Virus record (IMG/VR): IMGVR_UViG_3300025809_000009
Length of the DNA: 20,000 bases
DNA from: an uncultured virus (IMG/VR IMGVR_UViG_3300025809_000009)
Lineage: Duplodnaviria; Heunggongvirae; Uroviricota; Caudoviricetes
Reading direction: 5' to 3' (one strand)
The notes beneath the pieces are model-generated. The model ran no database searches. It had not been told where the DNA came from and saw only the letters and a program-made list of their open reading frames with translations. Position numbers and translations under genes: made by a program. Below are positions 15,352-20,000 of the stretch, one piece after another; within the stretch, counting starts at the first letter, position 1; each line of letters starts with the position of its first letter.

Positions 15352-17580
15352 ATGAATAAAGACAATCGAGTATCAAATTTACCAGAAATTCTATCGCTTT
15401 CTTCCGATCAGGTAGCTGACCCTTTTCCGCATCAAGCTAAGCTCGCCCCGTACAACAATGCAGATGACGACGCATTGCTACTCATAACTAGATCAGGATC
15501 TCATAACGAACAAATAAAATTCAGAAACTTTAAAAAATCTGTATTAGAAAATTCGGTTTATTTGACTGGAAATCAATTAATAAGCGGAGAAAAAACTTTT
15601 GCAGACACTTGTACATTTGAAAGTACAATTTATATAAATGAAATTATAGATATAACTCAAACAGGAGATATAAGTGGAAATATTTTTGTTGGAGAAAGCG
15701 GTTTGTTTGAAAAAATAGGCATTGGCTTAGATTTTACAGACAGAAGGATTGTAAAAGATACATTTTCAGCATACCCAAATCGTTCTGGTGAAGATTATTC
15801 TTTTAGTTTTGGGGGAGGAATAGATCCAAATACATATTCTGGAGCATTGGATTTTTCTGGAGGCAGTCAGCCGAATTTAGAAACGACTACTTCATCCTAT
15901 TCGATATATGAGCCATCAGGTTATTATAATTCTACCATCCCTCTTTCTCAACAAAACTGGAACACAGGAACCTCCTTAGACGGACACTCTCTTTCTCCAA
16001 GTGATTTGCATCGAGAAATGGGCGGGGCTTGGTTGCAGGTTGATTTTGATAAGCCGTTTAATTATAAAGGTTTTTCTATACATAGAGCCTCTTTAGGGAA
16101 TTCTGCAGAGAAAGCGAAAGTTCTTGCTTCTGAAGACGGTTTAGATTGGACGACTATCCACAGAGTAACAGGTTTAACAAGTGGGGATTATCAAGACCCT
16201 TTGTCTCCCTCTTCTTTTTTCTTGAACAACTACCATCCTCAACCATATTCTAAATATAGGCTTGTGGCGGAAAAAGTGATCTCGGGAAATAAATGGGAGA
16301 TAAATCATTTTAGCTTTTCTGGAGTAGAGTTTTTTGATCACGTTCATACAGTAAACCCTCTATATACGCTGCATGTTTCTGGAGATTCTTGTTTCTTGGG
16401 GGACATAACTAACACCGGATACCATAGACAAGAGGGAGACTTTTACAGGGTTGGTGATTCTGATTTTTCTGGAGATTACTCGATCACAGGCGACTCAACA
16501 AGAGTTGGCGATGTTAGAATGGAAGGGGATTATCGCCTAACTGGGGATTTTACTCAAACAGGATATTCTAATAGGTATGGAGATCAGCTTGTGATTGGCG
16601 ATATTACTCATACTGGCTACCACAGGCAAAAAGGAGATTTTTATAGAATAGGCGAATCTAATTTTGTTGGAGACTTCTCGGTTACTGGCGACTCATTAAT
16701 GGTGGGAGATGTCAAAACGGAGGGCAACTATTATTTAACTGGAGATTTTACCCAAACAGGAAATTCAACTATTTTTGGGGACGAAAGGGTTACGGGAGAT
16801 GTTCATATTGGAGAGTACATTTACCACTACCAAGACGAAGATACATTTATTAAACTTGACGAAGATCAGATATCCTTAACTGCGGGAGGCGATTCAGAAA
16901 TTTTGATAAGCGAATCAGACAGCGACTTTATCTCTTTTTCTACTTCTGGAGAAGAGCAAATGCGGATAGATAATTCTGGATTTGTTGGGATTAATACTGT
17001 AGACACGCTCGGAGAACTCTCGGTAACAGGCTCATCTTATCTTGAAAAAGCTTATACTACTGGCGAAGATGGAAGATGGGAACGTGTATTTGGGGGTTCG
17101 GACGAAGTGGTTTCCTTTGTGGCCTCTCTTAATAAAGGCAGTGATAATTTTTACTTAGATTTCCCAAAAACCTTTGGGGAAAAACCGGCTCTAACACTAT
17201 CTCTAGAAAACTCTCAAGGCGGCCCGATTGTTCCGTATATGATTTCAGATTTAAATGAGTTTAGGTTTGCGGTAAATTTTGGATCCGAATTGCAGAATGA
17301 TAATTATAAGCTTCATGTAAACGCGAGGCCAACCGGACAATCATCAGCGAACAAAACAACGACTCAATCATTTGCGACAGACATACCCGAAGGTGTTGAT
17401 TCTTTTGAGGTTCAGTATCCGTGTTCTTTTCATGCAATCCCTTCTATTTCTACAGTCATCGAGTCGGAAGGGATCATGATACCTTATTTAGTTTCGGGGG
17501 TCAGTAGAGACTCTTACCACATAATACTTTCCTCCCTGTCTAAATCGGGCTCCAGAATTCATACGCATGCAGTCCGATAA
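15352..17580 (+). CDS. Tail fibre/spike-like protein B, paralog of A, with an inserted discoidin (F5/8 type C)-like domain
   Basis: ATG 15352. Same architecture as A, plus an insert containing WLQVDF...KVLASEDGLDWTTI...YSKYRL, a discoidin-like pattern. Confidence 0.75.
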   Translation: MNKDNRVSNLPEILSLSSDQVADPFPHQAKLAPYNNADDDALLLITRSGSHNEQIKFRNFKKSVLENSVYLTGNQLISGEKTFADTCTFESTIYINEIIDITQTGDISGNIFVGESGLFEKIGIGLDFTDRRIVKDTFSAYPNRSGEDYSFSFGGGIDPNTYSGALDFSGGSQPNLETTTSSYSIYEPSGYYNSTIPLSQQNWNTGTSLDGHSLSPSDLHREMGGAWLQVDFDKPFNYKGFSIHRASLGNSAEKAKVLASEDGLDWTTIHRVTGLTSGDYQDPLSPSSFFLNNYHPQPYSKYRLVAEKVISGNKWEINHFSFSGVEFFDHVHTVNPLYTLHVSGDSCFLGDITNTGYHRQEGDFYRVGDSDFSGDYSITGDSTRVGDVRMEGDYRLTGDFTQTGYSNRYGDQLVIGDITHTGYHRQKGDFYRIGESNFVGDFSVTGDSLMVGDVKTEGNYYLTGDFTQTGNSTIFGDERVTGDVHIGEYIYHYQDEDTFIKLDEDQISLTAGGDSEILISESDSDFISFSTSGEEQMRIDNSGFVGINTVDTLGELSVTGSSYLEKAYTTGEDGRWERVFGGSDEVVSFVASLNKGSDNFYLDFPKTFGEKPALTLSLENSQGGPIVPYMISDLNEFRFAVNFGSELQNDNYKLHVNARPTGQSSANKTTTQSFATDIPEGVDSFEVQYPCSFHAIPSISTVIESEGIMIPYLVSGVSRDSYHIILSSLSKSGSRIHTHAVR
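16579..17030 (+). repeat. Dispersed near-identical repeat, copy 2
   Basis: See 14010-14461. Confidence 0.93.
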
Positions 17581-17590
17581 ACTAAAACTA

Positions 17591-17595
17591 GTGTA
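17591..17595 (+). promoter_or_regulatory. GTGTA motif upstream of the S74 fibre gene
   Basis: CTAGTGTAAG, 9 nt before ATG 17605, within a 24-nt intergenic gap. Confidence 0.55.
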
Positions 17596-17604
17596 AGTAA
17601 AAAT

Positions 17605-19677
17605 ATGATTTCCGAACTTATATTCAACTCAGATGTCTTTAGTGGTCAGATATTGTATATTGATCATATTAAAACCACAGGTGCAAAATCTGTTTTCGCT
17701 GCACCCATCAATCAATTTGGAACGGGGTCTGGATCAAATATAATTTCCTTAAGATCTGGTCAGCTAGGCATAGGAATAATAGATCCAGCATTCCCGCTGC
17801 ATGTTAACGGGGATGGCCAACTAGGCGGAAGTTTTACTGTTTCTGGATCTTCCGTGATCGAGGGAGATAACTATACAGTTTCCGATTCTTATATTGGTGG
17901 AGATTTTTCTGTCACCGGTTCGTCTCTTACCAAGGGTTCTTCTATCATCGAAGGATCTTCCGTTATTGAAGGAAGCAATTATACAGTCACAAATTCTTAT
18001 GTCGGCGGAAATTTTTATGTTACAGGAAGCAGTGTTATAGATGGAGACTTGACAGTTAACGGAGAAAGCTTTATTGTTGAAGCTACCACGGTCAAGATCG
18101 AAGATAAAAACCTCGAGATAGGAATTTCTTCTACTGGCGTAGAAACAGATACAACTGCAAATGGAGGAGGAATAACTCTTCATGGAGATACCTCAAAAAC
18201 TATTTTATGGAGCAACGCTACAGACTCTTGGGATTTAAGCGAAAACGTAGGGGTTGCTGATGGAAAATTCATTTTCTCAGATAAGTTAAGAGCTAGAGAC
18301 TCTGCAGGATTAAGTCTTGAAGATGACGGCGGAAATGGAATTTTTATTGAAGATGGTGGAGATGTAGGAATAGGAACAACTTCTCCTTCTGTTGGGTTAG
18401 AAATTAATCACACTGACGCTGTAAAAATACCAAAAGGAACTACATCTCAAAGACCCACAGCAAATGCAGCAGCGCATAAAGGATATATCAGATACAACAC
18501 GACAACAAACCAATTCGAAGGTTTTGGAGCCGGAAATTCTTGGGGTTCATTGGGCGGAGTTATAGATGTTGATCAAGACACTTATGTATCCGCAGAAACA
18601 AGCGCGAATACAGATAATGACGAATTAAAGTTCTTTACTGCAGGTCAAGAAAGAGCCATTATAAAATCTGATGGAAAAATGGGTATCGGCACGACCACCC
18701 CAAACGAGAAACTTGATGTTAACGGTGCTTTATATTTAAGAAATGTTAGCGCTCTTACGACAACATCAAACAGGCTTTATTCTGTTGGGGGAATTTTATA
18801 TTGGGACGGGGAGGATGTTCTTCACGCAAGAGATACCATTGGAGAGATGGAAGATACTTCAATTGGCACAAAGTCAAATGGGCAGGTTTTAATATGGAAC
18901 GCGACTTCTTCGAAATGGGTTAATAACGCTTTAACTGGTGGCAACGGAATTGATGTAACTAACGCTGCTGGAGGTATAACAATATCTCACACAGACACAT
19001 CTTCCGCAGCCTCCTCTAACAATTCAGGAAGAACTTATATTCAAGATATAGGGTTGGATACATATGGACATGTTACGTCGCTTAGCACCGCTACAGAAAC
19101 GGTTGTAGACACCAACACAACTTACACTGCGGGAACTGGGTTGGATTTAACGGGTACAACATTCAGCGTGGAGTCAGATTTGCGTGGAGAAGTAACGCTT
19201 ATAGGTTCGAGTACAAACGATTATGTTCAAGTCACAAGCTCCCTAATTAATTTTGCAAAAGGCGGGGTTGTAAAGATGCAACTACAAAACGGTGGCGATC
19301 TTCATGTAGATGGTGACGTTTTAGCATTCTCTTCGACAGTCTCCGACGAAAGACTCAAAGATAACGCAACCGAAATAAAAGGAGCTCTCAATAAAATTAA
19401 AGCAATGAGGGGCGTCAGTTATACTTGGAATAAAGGCTCAAGAAAAGGCCAAAAAGATATCGGGGTTATAGCTCAAGAAGTCGAGCAAGTGATTCCTGAA
19501 ATAGTTAGAGACTATAAATTTGAGGTTGGGGAATTCGAAGGCGACGAAACCAAATACAAAACCGTTGATTATGAAAAGCTAGCGGCGGTATTAATTGAAG
19601 CGGTAAAAGAGCTATCTGATAAACTAGATCAAAAAACATGCTGTTGCTGCAAAGCAAACCACAACCCTAAAAATTAA
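17605..19677 (+). CDS. Tail fibre protein with a C-terminal intramolecular chaperone (Peptidase_S74/ICA) domain
   Basis: SDERLKDN...ALNKIKAMRGVSYTWN...IGVIAQEVEQVIPEIV...VDYEKLAAVLIEAVKEL from ~19342. Also the fibre motifs GIGTTSP and GTTSQRP...GYIRYNTTTNQFEGF...WGSLGG. Confidence 0.88.
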   Translation: MISELIFNSDVFSGQILYIDHIKTTGAKSVFAAPINQFGTGSGSNIISLRSGQLGIGIIDPAFPLHVNGDGQLGGSFTVSGSSVIEGDNYTVSDSYIGGDFSVTGSSLTKGSSIIEGSSVIEGSNYTVTNSYVGGNFYVTGSSVIDGDLTVNGESFIVEATTVKIEDKNLEIGISSTGVETDTTANGGGITLHGDTSKTILWSNATDSWDLSENVGVADGKFIFSDKLRARDSAGLSLEDDGGNGIFIEDGGDVGIGTTSPSVGLEINHTDAVKIPKGTTSQRPTANAAAHKGYIRYNTTTNQFEGFGAGNSWGSLGGVIDVDQDTYVSAETSANTDNDELKFFTAGQERAIIKSDGKMGIGTTTPNEKLDVNGALYLRNVSALTTTSNRLYSVGGILYWDGEDVLHARDTIGEMEDTSIGTKSNGQVLIWNATSSKWVNNALTGGNGIDVTNAAGGITISHTDTSSAASSNNSGRTYIQDIGLDTYGHVTSLSTATETVVDTNTTYTAGTGLDLTGTTFSVESDLRGEVTLIGSSTNDYVQVTSSLINFAKGGVVKMQLQNGGDLHVDGDVLAFSSTVSDERLKDNATEIKGALNKIKAMRGVSYTWNKGSRKGQKDIGVIAQEVEQVIPEIVRDYKFEVGEFEGDETKYKTVDYEKLAAVLIEAVKELSDKLDQKTCCCCKANHNPKN

Positions 19678-19683
19678 TTAAAA

Positions 19684-20000
19684 GTGAGATCTCAAAATAT
19701 ATTTAATACCGACATAGTTAGCGGGCACACTATCTACGCAGATATCGTTCAATCTACAGGAGGAAAAGTTTATAACAATAGTAATTTAGAAATAAAAGAA
19801 AATTTATATGTCGGAGAAAACGCCCTGATTTCTGGAACTATTCATGTGGATCAAGATGCGGTGTTGAAATCCAAGTTGTATGTTGAAGACGATTTAAATG
19901 TCGGAGAAAACACTCAGCTTTCTGGAACTATTCATGTGGATCAAGATGCGGTGTTGAAATCCAAGTTGTATGTTGAAGACGATTTAAATGTCGGAGAAAA
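19684..20000 (+). CDS. Fibre-like protein, N-terminal part only (runs off the window)
   Basis: GTG 19684: MRSQNIFNTDIVSGHTIYADIVQSTGGK..., similar to the N-terminus of 17605-19677; open to the window end; carries 30-aa repeats. Confidence 0.75.
   Translation, partial: MRSQNIFNTDIVSGHTIYADIVQSTGGKVYNNSNLEIKENLYVGENALISGTIHVDQDAVLKSKLYVEDDLNVGENTQLSGTIHVDQDAVLKSKLYVEDDLNVGE
19808..20000 (+). repeat. 90-bp tandem coding repeat (30 aa)
   Basis: 19829-19910 is identical to 19919-20000; peptide unit SGTIHVDQDAVLKSKLYVEDDLNVGENxxx. Confidence 0.95.

Noticed and set aside
14010..17030. The repeat pair as the TR/VR of a diversity-generating retroelement
   Set aside because: Differences include several T/C changes and many synonymous changes rather than adenine-specific ones. 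Both copies are mid-gene coding sequence, and no reverse transcriptase gene is in the window.
19808..20000. CRISPR array
   Set aside because: The repeats are contiguous, in-frame 90-bp coding units with no unique spacers of CRISPR size.
1..20000. Alternative genetic code (stop-codon recoding)
   Set aside because: All long genes read uninterrupted in the standard bacterial code with near-complete coding density, and TAG appears to terminate 6480-7466.
1..20000. Contractile injection system / tailocin or GTA interpretation
   Set aside because: No sheath or baseplate wedge genes are recognisable. Neck-type genes, a very long TP901-type TMP and multiple fibres fit a free non-contractile phage better.

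Overview
This window is the tail-morphogenesis region of a large tailed dsDNA phage. It is probably non-contractile (siphovirus/T5-like), since no sheath gene is visible. Minus-strand unit on the left: a small hypothetical gene, two probable tail-assembly chaperones and a very long TP901-type tape measure protein (TMP; 6441 to <1, at least 2147 aa, absent from the ORF track because it runs off the edge). Plus-strand unit: three neck/tail-completion-like genes and a two-domain major tail tube protein. A paralogous tube protein converges on it from the minus strand. Four fibre/spike genes follow, forming two paralogous pairs; one has an S74 intramolecular chaperone and the last is truncated. Most notable: (1) the TMP contains a ~300-aa cassette with a PD-(D/E)xK nuclease-like motif set, bracketed by repeated G[YH][IV]PN[FY] motifs, a candidate TMP-delivered effector; (2) a GTGTA motif precedes most transcription-unit starts and occurs twice as an exact TACAC-N15-GTGTA dyad between divergent genes; (3) a compact, highly base-paired candidate ncRNA lies between the two tube genes. 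All functional calls come from reading motifs by eye; no searches were run.
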